A stretch of 64,000 nucleotides of DNA from Eledone cirrhosa (GCA_964016885.1 OZ024755.1:25916001-25980000), one strand, 5' to 3'; shown: positions 26,707 through 40,924, counted from the stretch's first letter. Translations and numbers: made by a program. The notes: a model not told the origin generated them from the sequence alone.

Positions 26707-29008
26707 GAAGGAAGTATTGGGCTGGGATAAAAGTTGTTTTGTTGTGGTCGTAGTTCCAGTTTCCAGTTACTTGGCGGATGTGTTGGAATAGGAAGAACAA
26801 GGGAAACTTCCCTGATTAAATGACCGAATAAAGCGAGGGATAATACATACTTATACATATATGACCGATTTACAGAGAAGAGGGCGACAGAAGAGAAAGA
26901 AAAATAGGCAGAAGGATGTAGATATTTATATAAATATGTGTGTGTATGGTTAATATCTAGTGTGTATACAATATATATATACACTGTGTATATAGTATAC
27001 GCATATATAGAGAGAGACGTGGGTAGTTAGAGGGGGAATGACGGAGAAAAATACGTCAGTCAGAGAGAGGATGTGTGATATAAAGAGCAAGTCAGAGGGA
27101 GTAAGATAATATAGAAAGAAAGACAGAGGGGGAGTGATATAGAGAGGAGGACAGGCGGAGAGTGATATACAGAGGAAGGAAAAGAATGTAAAGAGAGGGG
27201 GTGAGAATATAATATATATACAGAGAGAGGAAGTATAAAGAAAAAGAGAGAGGTAAAGAGAATATAGAGTGGAAGAGAGAGGGTGATATGGAGAAAAGAA
27301 TCAAAGCAATAGATAGAGAGAGGGGGAAACTGAAAAGTGTAGAGAGAAAATTGAAACGAAATTAATAGAAAAAATGTGGGAGATGAGAGGGGGAAAGACA
27401 AAGAGAGAAGAAAAACAAAAAGACTGAGGAGAGAGAAAGAAAAACGAACACAACAAAATCTCCGCCAAAAAAGAAGGAAAAGAGAGCAATATACAACAAT
27501 GAAGAAAGAGAAGGAGACAAGTGTAAAGAGGAATATAGAACAATGAAGAGAGAGAGAGAGAGACAAGTGTAAAGAGGAATACAGAGCAATAAAGAGATAG
27601 AGAGGGAGAAAAATAATAAGCCTAAAGCGAGAGACAGAGAGGATTAAAAAAGAAGAGATAGACAGAGAGTTAAACAAGTGTAAAAACAGAGTGAGAGAAA
27701 ACGACAAGTGTAAAGAGAGTATGATAAATAAAAAAAGTTATGGCGGGCGGTCTGTTCCTTGCAACTATTTCTGACCCATATATAACGTCCCATCTTCGAC
27801 TCAATACAACATACAACAGACGTAAACTTTATTAAAACTATACAGACATATAAATAAAGAAATCAAACTTATAATGTATATAATTATGTATTTCTGCCCT
27901 TTTTTTCTATTTAAGTCAGTTGCAATTAAAATCAATGACAAGAGAAATAGCGTAGGAAGGGATGGGGTAGATGAAATATTACGTGTGATTATGTGAATGT
28001 ATATATATATATATGTGTGTGTGTGATTATCTGTGTGTAATTGTGTGTGAATGTATATATTTATATATATATATATGTCTGTGTGTGTGTTTGTATATGT
28101 GTGATTCTCTGTGTGGGTGTGGATGATTTATGCGTGCATATATGATTATATATATATATATATGTGTGTGTGTATGTTAGTATTTATTTTAAAATATGTG
28201 ATATATATGTGTATGCATGTGTGATTATATATGTGTATGTATCAGTGCGTTTGTGTGTAAGTAAGCGTGTTTAGCTAAAAAGAGAAAATGATATCTGTGT
28301 ATTGTGAGTGTAAGTTAAGGTGACATAACAACTCTCCAGATACAACTAAACAATATTGCGTCTGTTAATGGAAACATCACAACACAGATGGCTCACAGCC
28401 TTAACCAGGAGTTAATATATACATATGGCGGCGATGGTGGTGGTGCTGGCTGGATCTCCGTCGTATCAGACGGAGGATACTCCAGTTGATTCGATCAACG
28501 GTACAGACTGTTGTGAAATTAACACGGAAGCGGCTGAGTATTCCACAGATCATATACATATGGCAGTGGTGGTGGTGACTGGATCTCCGTCGTAACCGAC
28601 GCAGAATGCTCCAGTTGATTCAATCAACGGTACAATCTGTTTGTGAAATTAACATGCAAGCGACTAAGCATTCTACAGGCACGTGTACTTTTAATGTTCT
28701 TCTCAGGAAGATTCGGTGTAATACAGTTTGTGAAAAGGTTGGTCTTGTAAATGACAGATAGAACTCATGTTTTACACACCTGAGAGGACTGGATTATCGT
28801 GGAATAAAGTGTCTTGCTCAAGGACACATCTTATCGTCGGAAATTAAACTCACAACCTTGCGATCGTGAGATAAACATCCAAACTTAGAGCCACGCAATG
28901 TGTGTGTGTGTGTGTGTGTGTGTGTGTTCATGTCTGTGTGTGTGCATACATACATACACACCCATATGAATGTATATTCGTGTATGTATGTATGTATATA
29001 TGTGTGTG

Positions 29009-29042
<34 letters not shown>

Positions 29043-29062
29043 TAGAGAGATAGAGAGAGAGA

Positions 29063-29462
29063 TCGGGGGCGGTGGAACTGGGAGGAAGGGGATCATGCCC
29101 CCCTCCATAAATTATATTTTTCTCCCAAAACTACCAAAACACATATATGCGTTTCAATTTATGTACATGTTATGTTTGTCGCATATCGAAGTTTTTTTTA
29201 TATCTTGGTTGATATTTGAATGATGTAATATATTATGTTAACCTTCAAAGTCAATTTTTTGGTCATATCATAACTTTTTCTTCACATATCACTATTTGCC
29301 AATTGTTAGTACATGTATTCAGAGACAGATTTCACTTTATAATTATTGAAAGCTGTAAATTGTATTTTCTGAGCATATTAAAGTGCAAAAAGCTAAACTA
29401 ATCACTACAACTATATTGACCAAATTTGGCACCCCCAAATTCAGAAATGCTTCCACCACCCT

Positions 29463-29464
<2 letters not shown>
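29063..29464. mobile_element. MITE with GGGGCGGTGGAA/TTCCACCACCC terminal inverted repeats; related pieces 57155-57400 and 57734-57810
   Basis: TIRs, location between microsatellites, dispersed homologous copies. Confidence 0.55.
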
Positions 29465-29518
<54 letters not shown>

Positions 29519-29934
29519 GATGATTTGAGAAAAAAAACTAGATTGGAAGATAAATGCTTGTGTGCAGATATTTGGTTCAAATATGGTCAAGGGGAGATCA
29601 TCAGTCTTAAGTAGTCAATTGTCGTCTGCTGAGTGGTACTGAACCAGTTTAAAGCTCCTTAAAACCAATAATAACATGCATTTGCTGCAATAGTATAAAT
29701 TAGAAAAGCTGGAGTGTTAATAGTGGATGGTTAGAGACTCGATGATTTTACAATTTACCCTTTTGTTAGAGGTAGAAACCCTATAAAACACACCACTGTC
29801 AGTGACTTTTGCAACATCCGAGCTGAGCAGAATAAACGACTGAAATAAAATGTTTTATACAACTATCACAGAATTATAATCATTTTTATCTATATAAAAT
29901 GTCTTCATGGTACCCACAGTTACAAATATATCTT

Positions 29935-30445
29935 CTTTTCTTCGCCCACTTATTCCTGAGAGGGTCGTGGATTCAGAGTCCTCAAACACTCCCTCCAACG
30001 GGTCCTGTCAGAAGCAACCGTCTCCAACTGATCTGGCTGGATCCCCAAGCGTGACCAGCCAAGCTCATGGATATTATCCAACCATCTTGCTTGGGGTCTA
30101 CCCATGGGTCCCCTACCGGTTGGTTTCACTCGTAAAATCTGTCCAGCGATTCTTCCCAGAGACATTCTAACCACACGCCCATAGTATCGGAGCTGTGACC
30201 TCTAAATTCGGAGAAGTAGTGGCTCTACTTGGAGTGACTCTTACCACCCATCTATGCACTTTATCGAGTAAAGTTATTCCAAAGACACTTCAGAGAAACC
30301 CCATTTCGGCTGCTTGTATTCGCGATCGTATTCTTTCGGTCATGACGCAGGATTCATTACCATAGGTAAGGGTTGGCACGAAAACCGGATATATACACTC
30401 CCCAACTACACCCATTTTATGACGGGTCACACTCGAATGTACTGG
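29935..30445 (-). mobile_element. RTE LINE 3' fragment
   Basis: PTLTYGNES...IQAAEMGFL and GRPQARW motifs. Confidence 0.8.
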
Positions 30446-30477
30446 GAGCACCAACAGGCATACATACACATGCGCGT

Positions 30478-30590
<113 letters not shown>

Positions 30591-30719
30591 GAAGTTTTAT
30601 TTAAATTGTTGGGATACAACAAGCAAATATTTTTATAACTGATATAAAGCACTCAACAAATGATTGGAGTAAAAATACGATATATTAACAAATGGAAACT
30701 ATATTTATAAAACCATATT

Positions 30720-30784
30720 TATTTCATTATACATATTTCAAGGACACCAAGTCAAATTATGGTGCGCTTTCATCAGATAAAATA
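30720..30784 (-). ncRNA. Hammerhead ribozyme, mirror copy in left arm of palindrome (family A)
   Basis: Reverse complement of 30941-31005. Confidence 0.78.
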
Positions 30785-30940
30785 TAATATAGATCAGTTT
30801 TATAAATAAATATTGACATACCCTTAAAGAATGCGACCATTTCTGTTGGAAGCTCCCGGGAGCTTCCGGGAGCTTCCAACAGAAATGGTCGCATTCTTTA
30901 AGGGTATGTCAATATTTATTTATAAAACTGATCTATATTA

Positions 30941-31005
30941 TATTTTATCTGATGAAAGCGCACCATAATTTGACTTGGTGTCCTTGAAATATGTATAATG
31001 AAATA
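30941..31005 (+). ncRNA. Minimal type I hammerhead ribozyme (family A)
   Basis: Stem I tattttat/atgaaata, CUGAUGA 30949-55, stem II aag..cacca/tggtg..ctt, GAAA 30986-89, short stem III, AUA cleavage after 30997. Confidence 0.8.
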
Positions 31006-31127
31006 AATATGGTTTTATAAATATAGTTTCCATTTGTTAATATATCGTATATATATATATATATATATATTATTTGTCTGTCACACACCCCGTGGATTGT
31101 CCCTCTCTGTCTCGACGTCTGGCCACA

Positions 31128-31353
31128 AGGGAGGATGGTAAGGGAGATGCGCTGGAAGAGCCATTCCATCTCGCGAGGCTCACACCTGCGGCTAGCCGGC
31201 TTAGCGTCTATGGTGGTGAGTAGGGAGCTAGCCCTAGGACCAAGGACACCAGAAGTCTCTACTGCCAAGGGCACGACCGCAAAACGAATCGAACATGCTT
31301 CACTAGATTTATAACGTACGAGTAGTTGAACGTCGAACCCCGGGTGATTTGAG

Positions 31354-31420
<67 letters not shown>

Positions 31421-31650
31421 TATAATAGGGCAAACTCTCCAAGTACCGGTCGCCTCTCCGACATGTTTGTGGTCGTGCCCTTGGCAGTAGAGACTTCTGG
31501 TGTCCTTGGCCCTAGGGCTACCTCCTTACTCACCACCATAGGCGCTGAGCTGGCTAGCCGCAGGTGTGAGCCTCGCGAGATGGAATGGCCCTTCCAGCGC
31601 ATCTCCCTTACCATCCTCCGGGGAAACGCCTTCTCCATTCTGTCCGTCGG
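31128..31650. mobile_element. Two inverted fragments of an RLE-type (CRE-like) retrotransposon C-terminus
   Basis: VVPLAVETSGVLGPRA...FQRISLTILRGNA on - (31128-31279) and + (31468-31650). Confidence 0.65.
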
Positions 31651-32149
31651 GGCTGTGGGGAGGCCATCACATGGGACCCCATTTGTTCACCATACAGAGA
31701 GATGGAGGCGATGACAGTGGGAGTTCGGCTCTTTCACGTTCGGACCATACCCTTCTGGTTGTGTTTTGAGTCTATATATGTGCCCCAACTATAGTTTCAA
31801 AAGCTAAAGGAGACAGTACGTGGTATTTCAAGACAGATAGGTTTAATCTATATATATATAATGTATATCGATTAAGATCCTCAACAAAGGAAGCTCAATG
31901 AACTTATAGAACAGAGTATAAATTACACAAATTCAAACGATATACAAAAAAGTTTCTTTCATATATCTAGTTGAGAAAGAACTAGTATCATGTACATATA
32001 TATAATGATAATAATAAATGGACTCACTCATAGAAAGCATTAACTTAAGGTAACCTAAAGTTCATATAAGGTAGATCATGAACAGAATGTTACTTCCTTC
32101 TATATTTGAATGAGAGGTGTGTAAATCAATTACATGTATTAAACCTTGG

Positions 32150-32229
<80 letters not shown>

Positions 32230-32259
32230 GGTTTTATAAATATAGTTTCCATTTGTTAA

Positions 32260-32290
<31 letters not shown>

Positions 32291-32818
32291 GTCATGGTCA
32301 AACCGCCACCCTCCTTCAAAAACGAAGGAGAGGCAGTTTTCCTTTGTGTGATAGCTATGGCGAAAGAGGTTGTATGGTGGACAAGGTTGAAAGGGCTGAG
32401 GTCAGACACCTTTCTCTCCGGCCAACAACTGATTCTTTTTTTCAAATACCACTCTGGAAGAAGAATCAGGATGGAGAGAGAGGTGCTGTACCCCAGCAAG
32501 TTTTATGAAAGGTGGGTGAAAGTGGCGAGAATGGCCCGAGTGAATGGGCCTTCTCTCTATATCAGCTTGTAGGTTGAGGAAAAGGAGGAGGAGAGGAAAG
32601 GAGTACAAGCTCTTCGTACTCCTGGAGATGAGGGTTGCACATTTTTTTTCGGGGGTATGTGTTACCCATATAAACTGTCTCCCTCTATTGGGGAAAATCG
32701 ACTAACTTTTAAATTCCATCTGTGATAACATTTTACACGTTTTTATTGTATGTAAACTTCCCCCTTTGTATTTGTCCCCTTCTTTTGTGCCCCTGTGGCT
32801 AATAAAGAAATATATCTA
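32291..32818 (+). mobile_element. Short 3' copy of the same Tx1/L1-like LINE within (TCTA)n
   Basis: ORF 32294-32572 homologous to the end of ORF 20214-21221. Confidence 0.85.
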
Positions 32819-33177
32819 ATATATATATATATATTCATAGGGTCTGTTTAACCAGGGATCAGATCTGCGGAGGCAAACCTCGAAAGACGGCCTGCCCTTG
32901 ATTAACCCAACAAAGTATCGTTTTGTGTATCTTTCGGTAGGTTTTCTTGGCTGTTATTTCTAGCACATCTCAATAAGGAAATTCCCAGTGCGATCGTCAA
33001 TAAACTAGAAATAGCAGACAAATCTTCCTAAAAAATAAGCACCCAAATGTCTTTAACTTCATATAAAAGTTAACTCATGGAACTTAACTTGCATGTATTC
33101 CACCATAACAGCACATTCAACTTCCCAGCTTCTTGAATAGTTAAAAGTAAATAGGTATCTCCATTTATAAATGTCTA

Positions 33178-33302
<125 letters not shown>

Positions 33303-35002
33303 AGCAGTTCAAAATCTGGCGATCCGGAGACTGATTAATCCATGGTAATGAAACAAAACAAACACAGGGATGTAAAAATAGAAAATCATAACAGGTTCAC
33401 GCTTGAAGGAAGTGGAGGTGCGTTTGAATTTTAACAGGCTAATTGTTTATTTTGTTTAATATATGTCTAAGGAACTAAAACATCACTGCATCTCTCCACC
33501 TTTAAACATTAACAACATGAACTTAGTAAACCCTTGTAGTTTCCTCCAAATACTAAGCCTCACTTTCACTAAGGATCTCTCATGTCTAATGTACATTACT
33601 AAACATGGCTGTAACTGCTTTTGACAGACTGGCTCTTCTCTTCAGCATCTTTGGATAAGGATTAAATTATGTCAAAGGCAAATAGAAGAAAACGATTTAT
33701 ATAGGAATGTTGGGGCTTCCCTCTAATGATTTTTTAGGTAAACTCACATAATCGAAAGATTGCTACCGGTGATAGCGAGGCTAAGTTGTGGAATAAGCAA
33801 GTATCTTTACTAAGAGCATCAACTGCTATGTGTGTGCATATAAGTATCATCATCATCATTTTACGTCCGCTTTTCCCTGCTTGCAACGGTGGGACGGGTC
33901 CTATTCAGCACAGCATCTTTCCACTTGTCACGGTCCTTCGTCATCTCCACCGTGAGCCTCAGCGATCTGAGGTCTGCTCTCACCACCTCCGCCTATGTAT
34001 ATATATATATATATACACAGACACAATATCAAGAGACTATGTACGTGTGTGTAATTATGATGCCAATCTCTGGTGCAGGTGACATGAGGAATTCCTCCCA
34101 GTACAATTGAGTTTGACTCGTCATAATACAGATAATTGTGTGAATCGTCTTTCTTTATTTTTCTCATTGTGGTTTCTATCAAGTTATTTTATTTCGGTTA
34201 AAAATAATAATGTTTATGTTGTTGTTTATTTTGTTAATCTCGGATGTGTAGAAAAGCAAAAGTGTTACTGACAGTGGTGTGTTATATGGAGTTTCTACCT
34301 CTAACACAAGGGTCAATGATAAAATCATCGAGTCTCTAACCATCCACTATTAACACTCCAGCTTTTCAAATCAATACAATTGCTGCTAATGTATGTTATT
34401 ATTAGTTTTAAGGTGCTTTAACCTGGTTCCGTACCACTCAGCAGACGACAGTTGACTACTTAAGATTTACTCTGGTAGTCTCCCCTTGACCATATTTGAA
34501 CTAAATAACTGCACACGCATTTATCTTCTGATACCCAGTTTTTCCCTCAAATCATATGGGTTCGTCGTTCAATTACTCGTACATTATAAATTTAATGAAG
34601 CATGTTCGATTTGTGTACATATACATACGCATATATATCCATGTATGGTAAAGAAAGTAGCGTAAGAGCTGATATACTACACACACACACATATATTTAT
34701 ATCATATATATATATGAATAAATTTAGTCCTTCATCAGTGATCTTCCAACCTTCATTGGTATTTCATCGCTTTAAAGACCATATACCTCCGGTTGGTGCG
34801 AGCAACGGCTAAAGAAAGTCGTTGGGACACGTAAATAAGGGAAACGAGCGAGACAGTAAACAATCAAAGATGGTAATGCAACGAAAAGTGAGGAAGAAGG
34901 TGTCAAGTCCCTGAAATCGATGAACATAAGTTCTGTGAAATCGTGGACGAGAGATTGTAACCCATTTGCAACCACGCAGCACGCCATGTTTTCATATTTA
35001 TA

Positions 35003-35044
<42 letters not shown>

Positions 35045-35101
35045 GGAACAAGTAAGACTCCGACGGCTGAGCTCAAGCCGTTTCGATGGCTAATTCTGGA
35101 C

Positions 35102-35138
<37 letters not shown>

Positions 35139-35559
35139 GTATGTGTGTATATATATATGTATGTATACATAAATCTCCAACTTCATTTGCATCCAATGAT
35201 ATAGATCAGTGCTTCTTTTGATGTTCAGAGAGTGGGATTGGCCCTGTGCAAAGCCTTTCCTCACTTAAAAAAGCTTCAAGCTAAGGCATCCCTTAATATG
35301 TAGCATTTTTTGCGATGCATGGTATTGCTGGTCATATACAAGTCCCTAGCTGGACTAAAAAACCACATCCGTGATGCTCATGCTTAAGTTTGAAGTGAGG
35401 GCATTACTCGAAATCGAGTTGCACGCATCATATATATATGTAGATATATATATATATCCCCAACAACACCTTCCTGTGGTAACTATTGTTTCTACAGAGC
35501 TTGCTGCAGGCGTGACCAGGTACTCAATTGTATAACTAAGCGATGGGCAGGCTGGGCTC

Positions 35560-36975
35560 ATATTAGCCTTGGTTGGCAACCAGCCTAGGAGAAGGAAAAC
35601 TGTGACTCCAAACCCCTAGTGCCTCCGGGATAGGCTTTTGAGCCAGAGGCAAGGAGAAGGACATTCTGATGTAAAACCTACAGACTGGCAGTCACCTCAG
35701 TTGTCTCAGCATGCTGAGCCACTAGGGAAGGGCTCCGTGTCCTAAAGGGTGGGATCGGTTTTTGCGCAATCACTATCACTTATAAACCACTGAGAGCAGT
35801 TGGGAAGTAGTTGTTTAAAAGTCCTACAGTAATGGAGAAGGGGCAAACTGACAGGTACTAGATGGACTGACAGGTACTAGGCGGTTAAGATGTATGCGTC
35901 GGTTACCTGCTGAACAAGACAACAGCAGAGTTCGGCTGCACACTGGGCGACCAAGCAGCTCTATAGAGGAACAGCACTGCTTGCTCCACAAGGAGTCAGA
36001 CTTAAAAAAGGTGATCTAAAAAAGCTTGTCTCACCCTCATCTGGTTGGCCCACTGTGGCCAACAGGCATCTCATTACAACAGTAGAAACAAGATGATAAT
36101 TGCAAAAATGAGAAGTTTTAAACTGGCATGTTGGAATGTTCATATCATGTGGGATTCTGATGACAACTGCCCACAGAGGAGCTCAGCATTAGTAGCCAAG
36201 GAGCTACATTGACTGAGCATTGACATGGCTGTTATGAGCGAGGTCCACCTGGCCAAGCTGGGGTCCCTGGTGGAACACGGTGCAGGCTACACCTTGTACT
36301 GGTCTGGCAGGGCCTAAGATGATTACAGACTGCCTGGAGTTGGTTTCATGATAAAGAACAGCATTGCTAACCGTCTTGAAGGTCTCCCAGCTGGTCACTC
36401 TGACTGACTGATGTCTCTCTATCTTCCCTTGCAAGACAACAAATTCCTCACTATCATTAGTGTCTATGCCCCAATGCTGCAAGCAGACCCTACTGCAAAA
36501 GAATCCTTTTACAGTGAACTGATGTCACCCCTCCAGGAAAGCAAGACCTCTGACAAAATCGTCATCAGGGACGATTTCAATACCACTTGGCCTGACGTGC
36601 TCCGATGACATGGGATAGGCAATTGCAACGACAATGGCTAGCTGCTCCTTGAGCTATGCACTGAGAACTCCCTGGCCATCACCAACGCCTTTTTCGAGAT
36701 TTTACAAGCAAAACAATCTGGCAGGAGACTCAGGGGTAGACCCTGAGCAACTTAGTTGGATAATACCCATGAGCTCAGTTGGTCTCACTTGGGGATCCAG
36801 CCAGATCAATTGGAGATGGTTGCTTCTGACAGAACCCATTGGAAGGAATACTTGAGGACTCTGCCACCACAACCTTCCCAGAAATAAGTGAGTGGGTGAA
36901 GAAGAAGAAGAAGAAGAAGAAGAAGAAGAAGAAGAAGAAGAAGAAGAAGAAGAAGAAGAAGAAGAAGAAGAAGAA
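35560..36975 (+). mobile_element. Internally deleted RTE/BovB-like LINE: 5' UTR, APE endonuclease remnant, 3' end, (GAA)n
   Basis: ACWNV, GYTLYWSG, IISVYAP, DDFN remnants; 3' part homologous to 29950-30120. Confidence 0.75.
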
Positions 36976-37569
36976 TGAAAGGGTTAAGGATATAGGCAGT
37001 GTCTTTCATTAGAACTATGGTAATAAAAGTGTTAACAAAAAATGCTCAAGATTCTTAAGATATGGGCTCAAATCATACCAATATTGATTTTTCAGTTTTT
37101 CTTTCAGCTTTCTGAAGTTGATAAACTAACTACCAGCACCCAACAGTGGCCTAGTGGTGAGGTTGTTGGTCTTATTGTTATAAGGTATTGGGCTCAATTC
37201 CTGTATTGGTGTGGGCATGTTGTGTTCTTATTCATGACACTAATAACTTTACAATGGTCCAGTGAACTCAGCTGAAATAAATGAGTACTGAGGATTAACT
37301 GTGTGAAGGACTGGTGCCCTGTCCAGAAGACAGTCTTGTACTCTTAGTCACTTAACACCAATAAAATCAGAACAAGCTCTGGCCTTATGAACTTAACAAG
37401 CAACATAAGATCGTTTTTCTTGCTAATGCAGATGTTAGCAAGAATAACTTTAACTTCCAGTCAAATTACTAAAATCATTTTAATTTACAATACACACACT
37501 CACAATTGATGAAATTATTAAAAATATTAATTGTAATAATAATAATGATTTATTTTTATAATATAATAA

Positions 37570-38095
37570 CTTACCACATTCGGAGAAGTGGTATGAGCAT
37601 AAGCCAGAGTCAGTGGTAAAAAACGATCGAGTGAAGGTGCAATGGGATTTCAATATACAGGCAAGCAAGAAATTAGAACACAATAGGCATGACCTGGTGG
37701 TTTTTGTCAAGGAAAACAGATCATGCCTGATTGTGGATGTAGCCTGCTCCTTTGACACAGGAGTGCAAGAAAAGGAGGAGAAAATTAACTGATATCAGGA
37801 TTTAAAGTGGGAATTAAAAAGAATTTGGGACGGTCATGAGATGAAGGTCATAGGATTGTCATAGGAGCACTAGGAGCATCTTGAAGAGTTTTCAATGGTG
37901 GTTAAAGAACATTAGTCCAGCCCCTTTTTTGGGAACAGTTAGAAAGACATGCTTGCTGGGAACAGCAAGAACCCTCTGATATGTCCCGAATATCTGAGGC
38001 TGCACATAGTGGCTTGATTGTTCATTTGAACAAACTTTCCAGTTAAATAACATCAATGACTGAGACTCTAAGAACAACGATAATAATAATTATTA
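37570..38095 (+). mobile_element. R4/Dong-like non-LTR retrotransposon 3' fragment (restriction-like endonuclease) between (TAA)n runs
   Basis: KWYEHKPESV...WDFNIQ....HNRHDLVV...LIVDVAC...YQDLKWELKRIW...IGALG. Confidence 0.75.
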
Positions 38096-38654
38096 TTTCT
38101 ACTTTTGGCACAAGGCCAGAAATTATCTCAGTGCATTACTGGTACTTTATTTTATTGACTCCGTAAGGATGAAAGGCAAAGTTAACCTCGGCGGGATTTG
38201 AACTCAGACTGTAAAGGGGCGTAACTCTATGATATGCAAAGCATGGCGTCCAACCCTGCAAGAGATACAGAAAATAGAGCTGACTGGCTCAGTCCATATC
38301 CTGAGAAGGGCATTATCAATTTAAATACCTTGCAATGATATTTACTCTTCTTTATGTCCTTATGGAATCATTTGTATGCCAATTGATTGTAAAATGAGTG
38401 TAATATCAAATCTTGCCACAGGTGTCAGCTTGACACTTGGCAAGATATGGGAAAGAAGAAGAATTCAAAGGAAGTTTCAAATAATAATAATAGTGAGAGT
38501 ATTTTCAATACAATAGAACCATCATCAAAAACAATGCTGCACATACCCAAGGCACACAGAGCTGTGCTCAGTAATGAAAATATGACAAATGATAATAATA
38601 ATACAATAAGCAGCATAAATTCAGATTTGAGATTATTTAGGAAAGATTTGGGGA

Positions 38655-38816
38655 TTAAAGTTCTTCTTTCTTTCTGGAGGATCTTGAATTGAAAACCTTC
38701 ACGACCTCCAACAATTTGTCAGAAGAAATATTCTCAATCTCAGTCCTTGAGAGATAATCCCTGTTTTTCTTGGCCAATTTCCAGAACACTTCCAGAGCAG
38801 GAGGTCTTTCATGATC
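38655..38816 (-). CDS. JmjC protein last exon (DHERPP...RKKEEL-stop), KDEL-like ER retention signal
   Basis: Acceptor ttttatag|, TAA at 38657-38655, ends KEEL. Confidence 0.85.
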   Translation of the reverse strand, partial: DHERPPALEVFWKLAKKNRDYLSRTEIENISSDKLLEVVKVFNSRSSRKKEEL

Positions 38817-39334
38817 CTATAAAATACACAGAGACAGGGGTTTGTATAGTTCAAGTTTTCAATAACATTAGAAATGTGGTAATGAAAAGGTTAAAAACAT
38901 AGACAGTGTCTTTCATTAGAAATATGGTAATGGAAGGGTTAAAGATATAGGCAGTGTCTTTCATTAGAAATATGGTAATGGAAGGGTTAAAGATATAGGC
39001 AGTGTCTTTCATTAGAAATATGGTAATGGAAGGGTTAAAAACATAGACAGTCTTTTATTAGAAATATGTTAATGAAAGAGTTAAAGATATAGACAGTGAC
39101 TTTCATTAGAAATATGGTAATGAAAGAGTTAATGACATAGACAATGTCTTTCATTAGAAATATGGTAATGAAAGGGTTAATGACATAGACAATGTCTTTC
39201 ATTAGAAATATAATGAAAAGGTTAAACAACATAGACAGTGTGTTTCATAAGAAATATGGTAACAAAAGGGTTAATGACATAGACAGTGTCTTTCATTAAA
39301 AATATGGTAATGAAAGGGTTAAAGACATACTCAC

Positions 39335-39457
39335 TTTCTTTAAAGCCATGTCATAAAAATGTTGAAACTGCTGAAAAGTAAGTTTATCACTGGCCCTTAT
39401 TAATAGCTGTAGAAGTGCTTGGAAGCTTGATGGGTTAAATTTTACATTAGATAGTTG
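39335..39457 (-). CDS. JmjC protein exon 7 (QLSNVKF...LTFQQFQHFYDMALKK)
   Basis: cctttcag| acceptor, |gtgagt donor, open, phase 0-0. Confidence 0.8.
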
Positions 39458-40005
39458 CTGAAAGGAAACCATAAGTAAGAATGTTATTACCGATTTTTAT
39501 TTTTATTTTTTTTTATTTATTTTTTTTTTTTTTTAGACTTTTTAGAATATCACACAAAATGGTTGGCCTTATTCTTTCCAACTTTTTATATTCTGAAATT
39601 CAAATGCTGCTGAGGTCAACTTTACTTTTCATTTTTCTGGGTTCAATAAAATGAAGTACCAGTCAAGTACTGATTTGATTTAATTTACTGTTCCTTCCCC
39701 CCAAATCACTGCCCTTGTGCCTATGTTAGAATCAATCAACACATGGTTGTAATATATAGTTATATTATTATATACAGTTTACCCTTGGTGATATCTCTTT
39801 ACACAGTTTATCATGTTTTCATGATCTTCCTTACAGTTTTAGTACCAAAATCACAGAATAACCTGTTTCCTTTTCCTTCTATTTTACCAGGATCTAAAAC
39901 TAGACATTTCTTTAGCTCCTTAAATTATGGATCAAAATAAAATGATAAAAATCTGTGGACCTATGCAGCCCCTTAAAAAGGAACATAAAAATAATAAGCA
40001 TGTAC

Positions 40006-40169
40006 CTTCTCTCCTCCTGTGAACGTCCACACAAAGTTAGCATCAGTAAGTTGGAAAGTTTTCTGGACTTCATCTCCAAAACATCCTCTCAGATCAAACT
40101 GAACGGATGGAGAAAAGTGGATTGTGTAGGAAATAGCTCTTCCATAGGATCTCACCTGATGCAGGTATT
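40006..40169 (-). CDS. JmjC protein exon 6 (EYLHQVRSYGRAISYTIHF...)
   Basis: Distal His in HQVRS motif, phase 1-0. Confidence 0.88.
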
Positions 40170-40269
40170 CTGGTCAAGAAAGTAAAAGGAATTGTACCAA
40201 CTTTTTATATTTAGTGAACTGGGCCAGTAAAGTGTTTTAGTACCAGATACAATACTTGTAGCAGTTAGT

Positions 40270-40805
40270 GTATATAACTGAATATACATACCAGCAGATA
40301 GATACTGGTGTATATAAGATAACTGAATATATAAACCAATTGGTATATATAGACTAGTGTATATAAAATAATTGAACATACATACTAGCTGGTATATAGA
40401 GATTGGTGTATATAAAATACTAAATATACATACATACCAGCTGGTATATAGAGATTGGTGCATATAAAATAACTGAATATATATACCTGTTGATATATAC
40501 AAATTGGTGTATGTACAACAACTGAATATATATACCAGCTGGTATATAGAGACTAGTGTATATAAAATAACTGAATATACATACCAGCTGGTATATAGAG
40601 ATTGGTGTATATAAGATAATTAAACATACATACCAGCTGGTATATAGAGATTGGTGTATCTAAGATAATTAAACATACATACATACCAGCTGGAATATAG
40701 AGATTAATGTATATAAAATAACTGAATATACACTGTATATGCCAGTTGGTATATAGAGATTGGTGTATATAAGATAATTAAACATACATACCAGCTGGTA
40801 TATAT
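40270..40805. repeat. About 50-bp tandem repeat containing the JmjC exon 5 end and donor
   Basis: catacataccagctggtatatagaga unit, about 10 copies plus the real exon end. Confidence 0.9.
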
Positions 40806-40924
40806 AGACAGTCTCCAGCATAGAGACTGGCATATATCCATGGAGTTTTAGCAATATCTGAATATTTATACATGTTGATTTTGTTCATGTCCAACGGAGA
40901 ATAGCCAGCGTCTGATGTCGGGTA
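40792..40924 (-). CDS. JmjC protein exon 5 (AGYSPLDMNKINMYKY...LYAGDCLYIPA)
   Basis: JmjC L.AGD.LYIP motif, phase 0-1. Confidence 0.9.

Noticed and set aside
27060-27707. 215-aa hydrophobic ORF
   Set aside because: Low-complexity CT-rich sequence, probably Argonaute 5' UTR or upstream region
32850-32900. ctgcgga...gaaa as another hammerhead
   Set aside because: Core deviates from CUGANGA and no convincing stem I or III pairing
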